From IMG/VR virus record IMGVR_UViG_3300047275_000862, positions 1-24,359 of that record: DNA of 24,359 bases. One strand, 5' to 3'. This document shows positions 15,717 through 24,359 of this stretch, piece by piece. Made by a program: the position numbers and the translations under genes. The stretch comes from a virus. Its lineage: Duplodnaviria > Caudoviricetes. The notes under the pieces were generated by a model. The model had not been told where the DNA came from. It was given only the letters and a program-made list of their open reading frames with translations, and made no database searches. Within the stretch, counting starts at the first letter, position 1. Each line of letters opens with the position of its first letter.

Positions 15717-16304
15717 TCAGCAGAGAACGCGACCTTTTTCGGAATAAATATCGATAAAACGCTGGGTCGCTTCTCCGATATTGTCTTTTGGTTGCAGATA
15801 AACCAAAAAGGAAGTGCATGTGTTATGCCGTTTGATTCCTTCGTTGGTACGTGCAACTAATGTTGGAACTGTTCTGAGAATGCAAACAGGAAAATCAAAA
15901 AGACGCTGCTCATAACGAAACATGTCAGGGCAATTGGAAAAATACAGACCCTCTTCTATTTCGTTATGAAACCAGGCTTTAAATAAACGCCTAAACCACA
16001 CAGCGTGAGATGATGTCAAGGTTGAGGAGCAAGCCCTGGTCATCTTCCAACGTTCATTCTTTTTGTCCCAGAAGTATGTCCCACTGGGCGGAAACAGGTA
16101 AACTTTTCCAAACCATTCTTGATCGTTTAATCCGTCATCACTCGGTGTGTAGTATTGTTTTGCGTTGACATATTCATTGGCAAAAGCTGAACTTGCAACG
16201 TCTAGATCGATATGGCCCATTAAGCCATGAGCGGCAGCAACCAGATCTGCATTGGTAACCAATTCAAGATCTTCGCGGCGCATGCCGCTTTTAGTAATGG
16301 CCAT
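15717..16304 (-). CDS. Phage DNA N6-adenine methyltransferase-like protein with an altered catalytic motif
   Basis: 'IDLDVASS..AN','DDGL.QEW.GKVYLFPPS' correspond to DLDPAS/DGL..W.G.V(F/W).NPPY. Confidence 0.7.
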   Translation of the reverse strand: MAITKSGMRREDLELVTNADLVAAAHGLMGHIDLDVASSAFANEYVNAKQYYTPSDDGLNDQEWFGKVYLFPPSGTYFWDKKNERWKMTRACSSTLTSSHAVWFRRLFKAWFHNEIEEGLYFSNCPDMFRYEQRLFDFPVCILRTVPTLVARTNEGIKRHNTCTSFLVYLQPKDNIGEATQRFIDIYSEKGRVLC

Positions 16305-16690
16305 TAGTTATCGGTCGCCTTGTTGTAATCGACTTCAAAATAACGGATGCCTTCATCATCATTAATGACGTATCCGGCTTTTTCTGTTGGGTCAATTTTT
16401 TGTGCAGCCGATAAAATCCGTCTAAAGCTTTCAGCCAAATCCCCATTATTACCACGTTCGCACTCCTCTTGAGCAGAATGAATTTCCTTAAGAGTCCAAA
16501 AAAACATGGACCTTTCTTTGTTCTTAGGTTGGAAAACCATGACGCCAGGGCCTTCTGCATCCCACATTTTGCAGTAATGCTCGCCCATATCACCAAGAAT
16601 TAAACGCACAGTTGCGTCTAACATCTTGACTTTGGTTTCATCCATGTCAGGACCAACAGCCTGAGCAATTAATCTTTCTCGTCTATTCAT
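16304..16690 (-). CDS. Hypothetical protein
   Basis: 128 aa, translationally coupled to both neighbours. Confidence 0.75.
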   Translation of the reverse strand: MNRRERLIAQAVGPDMDETKVKMLDATVRLILGDMGEHYCKMWDAEGPGVMVFQPKNKERSMFFWTLKEIHSAQEECERGNNGDLAESFRRILSAAQKIDPTEKAGYVINDDEGIRYFEVDYNKATDN

Positions 16691-17165
16691 TGGATGTCAG
16701 CCCTTGTTTTTGTAAAACTTCTTGGAGCTTTGGAAGTGGTTGATAGATGACCACAAGTTTACCAAGAATTCCACGCTTTTTGATGAGTTTACCATTCTCG
16801 TCGCGGAGCTTATCAAATTCTCCAGAACGAATTAAATACTCCGCAACGCAACGCAAGCGCCGTTTCAAAGGAAGCTCTGCAATTGGAAACTTATTGCAAA
16901 TAGTGTCAGGTTGCATATCGCGAAAAGCAAAACGCAACCGGTTAGCCAGCGTCATGCTGGAATTTACATCCTCCTCTTCGTAAGTACGGATAATTTTTAA
17001 ATAGCGCCGCAAGCATTCAGTATCGAAAGAGCCTTCGGGGGGCAAGAAAGCTTCTACTTGCAGAGCCAGGGAGAGAGGCAGCATCTCTTTATGGTTTTCT
17101 AAAGTGACTTCCTCTATCGAAAAAGACTCAAACCTATGAGCTAGTGATATTATTTTCTTCTGCAT
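16683..17165 (-). CDS. Hypothetical protein
   Basis: 160 aa, overlapping its neighbours in an operon-like arrangement. Confidence 0.7.
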   Translation of the reverse strand: MQKKIISLAHRFESFSIEEVTLENHKEMLPLSLALQVEAFLPPEGSFDTECLRRYLKIIRTYEEEDVNSSMTLANRLRFAFRDMQPDTICNKFPIAELPLKRRLRCVAEYLIRSGEFDKLRDENGKLIKKRGILGKLVVIYQPLPKLQEVLQKQGLTSNE

Positions 17166-17613
17166 TTTGATCTTTTTCTAAAGAGGACAAATAAACGTCA
17201 AGGGAATGCTCATTAAATTTATAAAGTTTTTCGTTCCCTCGGTCTTTATAGTGTTTAAAGGAAAGCTCTGTATTCTTAGCAAAAGAACGGATCAGCTGGT
17301 TCCATGGAATGCGTAGCTTGTTCTTTTTTGCATAACCAGGATTTATGTTGACGTAATGAACGCCTTCAATCCAACCTTTCCCATCTTTATTTTTTTTGCC
17401 AATTGCAATCCAGTTTCGTATCGTCTGATCTGTTACAGACAATCTTCGTGCACATTCCTCGGTAGAAATGTACTCGTCAGCATAAAGCTCTGGATTTATG
17501 CTGCCTTTTTCACCCGCCCCCTCTTGAAGAGCCCAGATGCTTGAGAGAATGTTACGAATTCCTTTTAATTCGTGTGCGACATCCTCTAATCCTTTGCGAA
17601 TTCCGTAAGACAT
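17134..17613 (-). CDS. HTH (Xis/MerR-like) DNA-binding protein
   Basis: 'YISTEECARRLSVTDQTIRNWI..G' HTH_17-like motif. Confidence 0.8.
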   Translation of the reverse strand: MSYGIRKGLEDVAHELKGIRNILSSIWALQEGAGEKGSINPELYADEYISTEECARRLSVTDQTIRNWIAIGKKNKDGKGWIEGVHYVNINPGYAKKNKLRIPWNQLIRSFAKNTELSFKHYKDRGNEKLYKFNEHSLDVYLSSLEKDQNAEENNITSS

Positions 17614-17667
17614 ACCTCAGTTGTTTTGCTTAAATGCTAATGTATTTAGACACGGTTTGTTACCAAG

Positions 17668-18015
17668 ATGGAACAGCAAATTCAAAGTGATGGACCCTCG
17701 GAATTTACTCCTCGTCCAAAGCTGTCTAGAGAGCAAATTGAAATGTTTAAAACGATCGCAAGGGAAAGGGCAATTGCTGAATCCCTGGGCGAGCAAAATA
17801 CAGATCTAGCCCAATCCCAACGGCTGGCAGCTCCTCCCCCGTCCATTATTCCGCAACAGCCTCAACAGCCACAAATCATTTATTTAAGACGTAATTTTAC
17901 AGTCGCAGAACTTGGTTTGGTACTGCTTTTATCTTGTGGAATTGTTTTAGGTGCTCAAGGTTTATGGGGACTCGGGTCTCGCATGTTACCTCAAATTGAA
18001 ATAAAGGTCAAATAA
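17668..18015 (+). CDS. Hypothetical membrane-anchored protein
   Basis: Single C-terminal hydrophobic helix LGLVLLLSCGIVLGAQGLWGL; TGCTAATGT at 17635. Confidence 0.7.
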   Translation: MEQQIQSDGPSEFTPRPKLSREQIEMFKTIARERAIAESLGEQNTDLAQSQRLAAPPPSIIPQQPQQPQIIYLRRNFTVAELGLVLLLSCGIVLGAQGLWGLGSRMLPQIEIKVK

Positions 18016-18066
18016 ATACAGCAAACCTAAACTATAATTTTAGTTATAGGATTTGCGAGAGTATAC

Positions 18067-20325
18067 GTGGCCAACAGGCGCATTACAGATCTGCCTTCGA
18101 TTACCTCTTTCGACATTCAAGATGCCGATCTGTTTACTGTTGTCCACGTTTCAGAAGTTGACCCAGGATTAAAAAATAAGAAATTTACATTCCAAGAGCA
18201 TAAAGCTTACTTAAACAAATATTATCTTCAGTTAACTGGCGGCTCTCTCAGCAACAATTTAAGCATTGAGAATAACCTGAATGTTTCAGGTAGCTTAACT
18301 GTTCAAGGCAATATAACAAGCGCTGGAACAGGAACAGTAAATCTTAATAACGTTGTTATCAATAATTTTAGTAGCACCGGCAGTATTAGCGGTGCAACAA
18401 TTACAGGCACCAGTATCCTTGGTACTAATGTAAATGGTGTTGTTGGTTACTTTGTTTCATTACAATCAACAAACGCCAGCTTTAGCACTGTCACCGCAAC
18501 AACGTTTAGCGGTGAGACGATTACTGGCAATACAGTTGCAGCAAGCGGTATTACAGGTCAGCTTATCAAGGGAGATAATATTACCGGAATAAACATTAAT
18601 GGTACCAGCATCACTGGTGTCACCGGTATTTTCACTTCTTATTTATCTGGCGCAACTGTTACAGGAAATACAGGTGCTTTTGCAAACGTTACTGGCGTTT
18701 CCGGTGTTTTTACAAGCCGTTTGTCCGGTGCTGTTATTACAGGAAATACCGGACTTTTTAATCAGATTACAGGCGTAACAGGTGTTTTCACTTCACGTGT
18801 TTCTGGCGCAATCGTTACGGGCGTAACGGGACAGTTTACAAGCCTAAACGCAGTAACCGGTTTATTCACCGTTGCATCTGGAACCACGATCACAGGAACA
18901 ACAGGCGCATTCACAAATATTACAGGACAAAGTGTTTCTGGAAATACTGCAACTTTCTCTTTTATAAGTGGTGCAACAGGGATATTTCCGCGGCTTACAG
19001 GAGTTACCGGTGTTTTCACGAATCAATTATCTGGAGCTGTTATTACCGGCGTAACAGGTCTTTTTAACACAGTAACTGTTAGTAGCCTTACAAGTACAGC
19101 CAATATCAGCGGAGCCACTATCACTGGGACAAGTGGTCAATTTACAACAATTACGGCTGCAACAGGTATTTTTACGAATACCATTTCAATTCCTTCGATT
19201 TCTACTACGGGTAACCTATCCGCTGATGGTAATTTAATTGTACTGGGAAGCGGAATTATCAGCTCAGGCCTTGTTGTTTCCGGAACAATTTCAGGGAATA
19301 CTGTTACAGGTCAAACGTTTATTTTTAATACGGCCACAGGTTCTTCCCTTAATGCAACCGGTTTAATATCCGGTGTTTTAATTACAGGAAATACAATTCA
19401 AGCAAATTCGTTTACCGCTGTGGCAGGAGCGTTTGAATCCATCAGCGGGAATACAATTACAGGTGCCACGATTTCGGGTATATCCGGAATATTTCGATCT
19501 GGTGTTTTTATTGATTTGTCAGGTGCCACCATTACAGGTTCTACAGGACTATTTACACATCTGACAGGAGTTAGTGGAACTTTCGCAAATAGAATCTACT
19601 CGCCACTAGTAACTGGTGTCACTGGTTTATTTACAGTCATTTCCGGAATTTCGGGAACGTTTTCGAATATTTCTGGCAATGTTATTACCGGAAACTCTAT
19701 TAATGCAACAGTAGTTACTGCTGGAACAATTAATGCTACGTATTTAAATTTTACCGCTGCAGCAACTGGTAACATTGTTGGCAGTGGTAGCGGCATCTTT
19801 AGCTCCGGTTTACTCACCAGTGGCAGTCTTTTTGTTTCTGGTAGTGGTACATTTGCAAGCGGTATCTTTACAACTGGGATAATCTCTGGAAACACATATT
19901 ATTCGAGTGGCGGTATTGTAATTATCAGTGGCTCTGGCGATATCCGGCCTTATGGCGCATACAGTTTTCCAGCAGGAACAGGCGTTTCCGGTTATGTTTT
20001 ATCTACTAATGCAAATGGAACAACAAGCTGGGTCGAAATCCAAATCCCTTCAGCTGCAGAAAACATTAGTGTAATTACGGGAAATATTACCGGTGTCTCT
20101 AATACATATTATGTTTTAATTAGTGGAGCATCGATTACACTACCCGCAGCACCCGTCACGGGTAGTTATGTTGGAATTATCAACAGAAGTAATACAACTA
20201 CTGGGCTTCTTTTGCGAAATGGGAATAATATAATGGGTGTAGCAGATGATTTGCAGATTGACGATTTAAACGCTCGTTTTAGGTTGATCTATGCAAATCT
20301 TTCACAAGGTTGGGTAATTGACTGA
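18067..20325 (+). CDS. Tail fibre-like protein 1 (G/T/S/I repeat shaft)
   Basis: 'MANRRITDLP' attachment-type N-terminus; many SGATITG/TGVFT repeats; C-terminal 'ITLPAAP..G..V.I.N' module. Confidence 0.8.
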   Translation: MANRRITDLPSITSFDIQDADLFTVVHVSEVDPGLKNKKFTFQEHKAYLNKYYLQLTGGSLSNNLSIENNLNVSGSLTVQGNITSAGTGTVNLNNVVINNFSSTGSISGATITGTSILGTNVNGVVGYFVSLQSTNASFSTVTATTFSGETITGNTVAASGITGQLIKGDNITGININGTSITGVTGIFTSYLSGATVTGNTGAFANVTGVSGVFTSRLSGAVITGNTGLFNQITGVTGVFTSRVSGAIVTGVTGQFTSLNAVTGLFTVASGTTITGTTGAFTNITGQSVSGNTATFSFISGATGIFPRLTGVTGVFTNQLSGAVITGVTGLFNTVTVSSLTSTANISGATITGTSGQFTTITAATGIFTNTISIPSISTTGNLSADGNLIVLGSGIISSGLVVSGTISGNTVTGQTFIFNTATGSSLNATGLISGVLITGNTIQANSFTAVAGAFESISGNTITGATISGISGIFRSGVFIDLSGATITGSTGLFTHLTGVSGTFANRIYSPLVTGVTGLFTVISGISGTFSNISGNVITGNSINATVVTAGTINATYLNFTAAATGNIVGSGSGIFSSGLLTSGSLFVSGSGTFASGIFTTGIISGNTYYSSGGIVIISGSGDIRPYGAYSFPAGTGVSGYVLSTNANGTTSWVEIQIPSAAENISVITGNITGVSNTYYVLISGASITLPAAPVTGSYVGIINRSNTTTGLLLRNGNNIMGVADDLQIDDLNARFRLIYANLSQGWVID

Positions 20326-23300
20326 TGGCCATCAAATATAGCTCTTACGATTCCAGCAGTGGAAATATTTTTTCCCTGAACACCATTACGGGACAAACTG
20401 GTGTATTTATTAATAGTGTTAGCGGCGCAAACGTTTTAGGAACGAGTGGCGTTTTTACTACACAAATATCTGGAAACGTTATTACGGGTGCCGCCGTTTC
20501 CGCCACTAGGATTACAGGCGTAACAGGTGTATTTACAACGCAATTATCTGGAACAACAATTACCGGTTCTACGGTTGCTGCAACAAGCATTACTGGCGTA
20601 AGCGGTGTCTTTAGCACCCAGTTATCCGGTGCAACCATCACTGGTACAACGGTTTCTGCTACTACTCTCAACGGTGTAAGCGGTGTATTCAGCACCCGAT
20701 TATCTGGTGCAACAATAACTGGCACCACCATTTCCGCCACTACCCTCAATGGCGTAGATGGTGTCTTTACTAACCTGTTATCGGGTGCAAGCATCACTGG
20801 CACCACGGTTTTTGCCACCGATCTCAATGGTGTAAATGGTGTATTTACAAGTCAGCTGTCTGGCGCAACCATTACAGGAAATGCCGGTAGTTTTACATCT
20901 ATTACAGGTGTAACAGTAACTGGAACTACTGCCAATTTTGCAACCGGTGTTTTTACGAATCAGATTTCTGGCAGTATTTACAGAGCTTCCGGTAATGTAA
21001 TCGTTATCAGTGGTAGTGGTGATATTCGACCATATGGTCTATACAGTTTTCCTACAATAACTGGAACATCAGGATTTTATTTACAAACAAATGGAAATGG
21101 AACCACCACATGGGCAGAGGTAACAGCAGGATCCAGCTTATCCGGCGTTACTGATTCTGCAAGTCCTTTTGAAACTGCTTTAGGTTATCAAGCTGGCAAT
21201 GTTAATACCGGCGTTAATAATACATTTATTGGTTATCAGGCAGGTTCATTAAGCACAACTGGCAGCGATAATACTGCAGTTGGCCATCAGTCTTTAGATA
21301 GTAATACATCAGGCAATCGAAACGTTGCAGTAGGTTCTGTTGCATTAACGTTTAATACAACAGGCGCTGAGAATATTGCAATTGGTTATCAGGCTCTATA
21401 CAGTAATACATCAGGCGGTCAAAATATTGCTATTGGTATCAGTGGTTTATATACAAATTTAATTGGATTTGCTAACGTTGCTGTTGGTGCAAATGCATTA
21501 CGTCTTAACACAGCAAATGCTAACGTAGCGGTTGGTTTTAATGCGCTGCGCTCCAATAGTACAGCTGGTGGTAATACCGCGGTTGGATATGAAGCCTTAA
21601 ACGCTAACACAACTGCTTTTGCTAATGTTGCTTTTGGTTATCAAGCATTTAAGGCTCACGTAACAGGTAATTACAATACCGCCGTTGGATCTTCTGCATT
21701 AACCACTGACATAACAGGTGCTGAAAATACAGCTATTGGTGCTAACGCTTTATTTTATAGTACGGCGGGCAGCAGAAGTACCGCGGTTGGTTACGGTGCG
21801 TTGCAAACAAATACAACAGGCTCTGATAATACTGCTGTCGGCAGATCATCCATGTTTAGCAACACGATTGGTGCAAACAATACCGCCGTTGGAGTTACTT
21901 CGTTGGTCAATAATACAACAGGAAGTTTTAATGTTGCAATTGGAAACAGTGCTTTATCCGTTAACTCAACAGGCACCAATAATACAGCTGTTGGTTACAT
22001 TGCTTTAAACAGTAATACATCAGGTACCAATAATATTGGTATCGGTTCTTTTGCAGTAATCGGTAATACATTTGGCACAACCAATGTTGGCGTTGGAAAT
22101 AGTACTCTTCAGACTAGTACAACAGGTAATTACAATACCGCCATTGGAGGGAGCGCTCTTCGTTTAAATGTAACAGGAACAGCTAGTACTGCAGTTGGTT
22201 CCTTTGCGTTGGAAAATAACAAATCTGGCAATATGGTTGCAGTCGGCTATCAAGCCCTGCGCGCTAATACAACAGGTATTGACAGTACTGCAGTTGGCTA
22301 TCAGACTCTATTATCAAATACAATTGGCAGCTATAATATTGCCATTGGTAGTACTTGTTTATTCTCTAATACGACGGGCAATAATAACATTGGCATAGGT
22401 CCAACCGCTTTATTTTCTAATACCTCAGGTATTTCCAATATAGCAATAGGTTCTGGCGCTTTACGCGTCAATACAATAGGAAATGAAAGTCTTGCAATTG
22501 GTGATAATGCTTTAGGCGCTAACACTACAGGCTTTAGCAACGTTGCGGTTGGAAAGTCGACATTAAGTGCTAACTTAGGCGGTACAAGTAATACAGCTGT
22601 TGGTAATAATGCATTGTCGTCTAATACGACTGGCACCACTAATGTTGGCATTGGTGATAGTGCATTACTATCTAACACAACAGGTGGTTACAATACCGCC
22701 ATTGGCGTACAAGCCTTACGTGCAAACACAACTGGCTATAACAATGTTGGAGTAGGATTTAGAAGTTTATATGCCAACATACTTGGCATCGGCAATACAG
22801 CCCTTGGACAGTATTCATTGTGGAACAATACCTCAGGAAGCAGCAATGTTGCTTTAGGTGATAACGCACTGGGCAATAACACAATTGGTAACGATAATAT
22901 TGGAATCGGCACACAAGCCTTACTACTTAACACAACAGGAATTAACAATATCGCTATTGGTGATCAGGCTCTGCGTTCAAATACGACGGGTGTTGGCAAT
23001 ATTGGCATTGGTATTAGTGGATTAACCAATGCAACTATTGGCACAGGTAATACTGCTCTTGGTAATAATGCAGGGAACACGATTACTACAGGTGTCAACA
23101 ACACATGTATTGGTAATGAGGCTCAGGCTTCTGCTGCAACAGTTACCGGTGAATTTACACTTGGTAACGCCAACGTTGTTAACTTACGTTGTGCTGATAC
23201 AACAATTTCAACCCTTTCAGACGTAAGAGACAAAACTAATATTGAAGATCTGCCATTTGGCATAACATTTATTAAAGCGTTGCGTCCTGTAAAATTTGAT

Positions 23301-23543
23301 TGGGCAACACGTGATGGCTCTCGAAAAGGTCGTAAAGATTTTGGTTTTATTGCCCAGGAGCTAGACCAAGTTGAACAGCAGTTTGGTACACAACAATACA
23401 CACGTCTTGTCCATAAAGAAAATCCGTTGATATGGGAAGCTGATACAATGAAGACCTATCCAATTTTGGTAAAAGCTGTACAAGAACTTTCCACACGCCT
23501 GGAAAATCTGGAAGAAGCGTTTCTCAATCACATTGTGACTTAA
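20325..23543 (+). CDS. Tail fibre protein 2 with YadA/Hep_Hag-like 14-aa repeats and a C-terminal intramolecular chaperone (peptidase S74)
   Basis: NTAVGxxALxxNTTG repeats; 'SDVRDKTNIEDL..G..FI..LRPV.F.W...GFIAQEL' and a terminal coiled coil. Confidence 0.88.
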   Translation: MAIKYSSYDSSSGNIFSLNTITGQTGVFINSVSGANVLGTSGVFTTQISGNVITGAAVSATRITGVTGVFTTQLSGTTITGSTVAATSITGVSGVFSTQLSGATITGTTVSATTLNGVSGVFSTRLSGATITGTTISATTLNGVDGVFTNLLSGASITGTTVFATDLNGVNGVFTSQLSGATITGNAGSFTSITGVTVTGTTANFATGVFTNQISGSIYRASGNVIVISGSGDIRPYGLYSFPTITGTSGFYLQTNGNGTTTWAEVTAGSSLSGVTDSASPFETALGYQAGNVNTGVNNTFIGYQAGSLSTTGSDNTAVGHQSLDSNTSGNRNVAVGSVALTFNTTGAENIAIGYQALYSNTSGGQNIAIGISGLYTNLIGFANVAVGANALRLNTANANVAVGFNALRSNSTAGGNTAVGYEALNANTTAFANVAFGYQAFKAHVTGNYNTAVGSSALTTDITGAENTAIGANALFYSTAGSRSTAVGYGALQTNTTGSDNTAVGRSSMFSNTIGANNTAVGVTSLVNNTTGSFNVAIGNSALSVNSTGTNNTAVGYIALNSNTSGTNNIGIGSFAVIGNTFGTTNVGVGNSTLQTSTTGNYNTAIGGSALRLNVTGTASTAVGSFALENNKSGNMVAVGYQALRANTTGIDSTAVGYQTLLSNTIGSYNIAIGSTCLFSNTTGNNNIGIGPTALFSNTSGISNIAIGSGALRVNTIGNESLAIGDNALGANTTGFSNVAVGKSTLSANLGGTSNTAVGNNALSSNTTGTTNVGIGDSALLSNTTGGYNTAIGVQALRANTTGYNNVGVGFRSLYANILGIGNTALGQYSLWNNTSGSSNVALGDNALGNNTIGNDNIGIGTQALLLNTTGINNIAIGDQALRSNTTGVGNIGIGISGLTNATIGTGNTALGNNAGNTITTGVNNTCIGNEAQASAATVTGEFTLGNANVVNLRCADTTISTLSDVRDKTNIEDLPFGITFIKALRPVKFDWATRDGSRKGRKDFGFIAQELDQVEQQFGTQQYTRLVHKENPLIWEADTMKTYPILVKAVQELSTRLENLEEAFLNHIVT
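20469..20880 (+). repeat. Tandem 78-nt (26-aa) coding repeat, about 5 copies
   Basis: SG(A/T)TITGTTVxATxxxGVxGVFxTxL units. Confidence 0.8.
21170..23135 (+). repeat. Array of ~42-nt (14-aa) degenerate coding repeats
   Basis: Dozens of N-[TVI]-A-[VI]-G-x-x-A-L-x-x-N-T-[TS]-G units. Confidence 0.85.
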
Positions 23544-23573
23544 GCAATTTGATTTGGGCTAGGTTTAAACTAC

Positions 23574-23582
23574 TGCTATAAT
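23574..23582 (+). promoter_or_regulatory. Consensus extended -10 promoter TGCTATAAT
   Basis: Perfect TGnTATAAT 22 nt before ATG 23605. Confidence 0.7.
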
Positions 23583-23604
23583 CTAAAAAACACCTGTTTA
23601 AATA

Positions 23605-23916
23605 ATGGCTTTTATTAACGCTATTGGTGCCACCAAGGCTCTCTCCAAGGCCATTCCTACCGTTAAAACCAACGGTAAAGTGAAGAAGTGGGATCTGACC
23701 GTTGTCTACAGCTGCAATGGTCTGACCAAAGATTTTAGTTGTGGAGCAGACGTTGAGTATCTCAACAAAGAACCTTCTGATTTCACCAAGGCTGAACTGC
23801 TAGGTTTTTGCAACACCGTGCATCTGGACATGGTGTTTGACAGCTTTTACGGAAGCATGACCGGAACCCCAACCGAAGAAAAATTGAACGATTTTGATAT
23901 CACTTCTCTGAGCTGA
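23605..23916 (+). CDS. Hypothetical protein (possible tail-fibre-associated)
   Basis: 103-aa ORF with its own promoter, directly after the fibre genes. Confidence 0.75.
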   Translation: MAFINAIGATKALSKAIPTVKTNGKVKKWDLTVVYSCNGLTKDFSCGADVEYLNKEPSDFTKAELLGFCNTVHLDMVFDSFYGSMTGTPTEEKLNDFDITSLS

Positions 23917-23926
23917 TACAAGATCT

Positions 23927-24359
23927 GTGCAGAGATTTCGACATAGGCTTCAACATTTAAAGCAGCCCATTAAAAGCGTTTTAGATGTTGGAGCTTATCG
24001 TGGTGAATTTGCGCGTCTAATCAAAGAGCTATTTCCAGGCTCCAAGATTAAATGCATTGAAGGAGACGAGCGTCAAGCGCCTTTCCTTCTAGATTTTGAT
24101 ACCGACTTTTATTTACTCAGTAAAAAGACCAAGCAAATAGATTTTTATACATTGTCAGAGGATGCTTGCACAACCGGCAGTTCTATCTACCGCGAAAACA
24201 CCGTCTATTACCAAGATCCCTTGGTTCTTAAGAAGTGGGCGTATGCACTAGACGATTTAAATTTCCCTGCATTTGATTTTATTAAGTTAGATGTGCAGGG
24301 TTCAGAACTTGATATTTTGAAAGGCGGGAAGAAATACCTGACAAAAACACAGCCTACTT
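23927..24359 (+). CDS. FkbM-family SAM methyltransferase (3' truncated by the window)
   Basis: GTG 23927; VLDVGAYRGEF...CIEG...GSSIY...FDFIKLDVQGSELDILKGG; open to the window end. Confidence 0.88.
   Translation, partial: MQRFRHRLQHLKQPIKSVLDVGAYRGEFARLIKELFPGSKIKCIEGDERQAPFLLDFDTDFYLLSKKTKQIDFYTLSEDACTTGSSIYRENTVYYQDPLVLKKWAYALDDLNFPAFDFIKLDVQGSELDILKGGKKYLTKTQPT

Noticed and set aside
20469-23135. Repeats as a CRISPR array or DGR template/variable repeat
   Set aside because: Repeats are in-frame protein repeats diverged at synonymous sites; no identical repeat-spacer pattern, adenine-specific mismatch or reverse transcriptase.
18762-23401. Multiple minus-strand ORFs within the fibre genes
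   Set aside because: Stop-poor antisense frames of Gly/Thr/Asn/Ala repeats.
1-24359. Alternative genetic code
   Set aside because: Genes tile densely under the standard code, with TAA, TGA and TAG all used as stops.

Overview
A 24.4 kb fragment of a tailed dsDNA bacteriophage, almost certainly a cyanophage. The host is inferred from an NblA-like gene, a cyanobacterial-type dCTP deaminase, a cyanobacterial-type integrase relic and a 'PKKTRQG..RGQGK' basic peptide. Order: (1) head module (portal-like, scaffold-like, Gly/Ala-rich protein, major capsid, second structural protein); (2) an HhH protein, then virion/entry genes including an M15-type peptidase, a lytic transglycosylase and a split-SWIM protein; (3) a catalytically degenerate integrase-like gene converging on an Xis-like HTH gene, then HNH, small basic proteins, a GH24 endolysin and nblA; (4) a mostly minus-strand block (DUF3310-like, dcd, degenerate DNA adenine methyltransferase-like, HTH); (5) two large repeat-built tail fibres, the second with an S74 chaperone, and a truncated FkbM-type methyltransferase. 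The most notable signals are a 497-nt dual-coding portal/scaffold overlap, a +1 frame break at CCC-A in the scaffold gene, a T4-gene-e-like hairpin/promoter switch at the endolysin start, a structured leader with an uncalled 38-aa peptide before the transglycosylase, and two enzymes with altered catalytic motifs. All family assignments come from motif recognition by eye; no searches were run.
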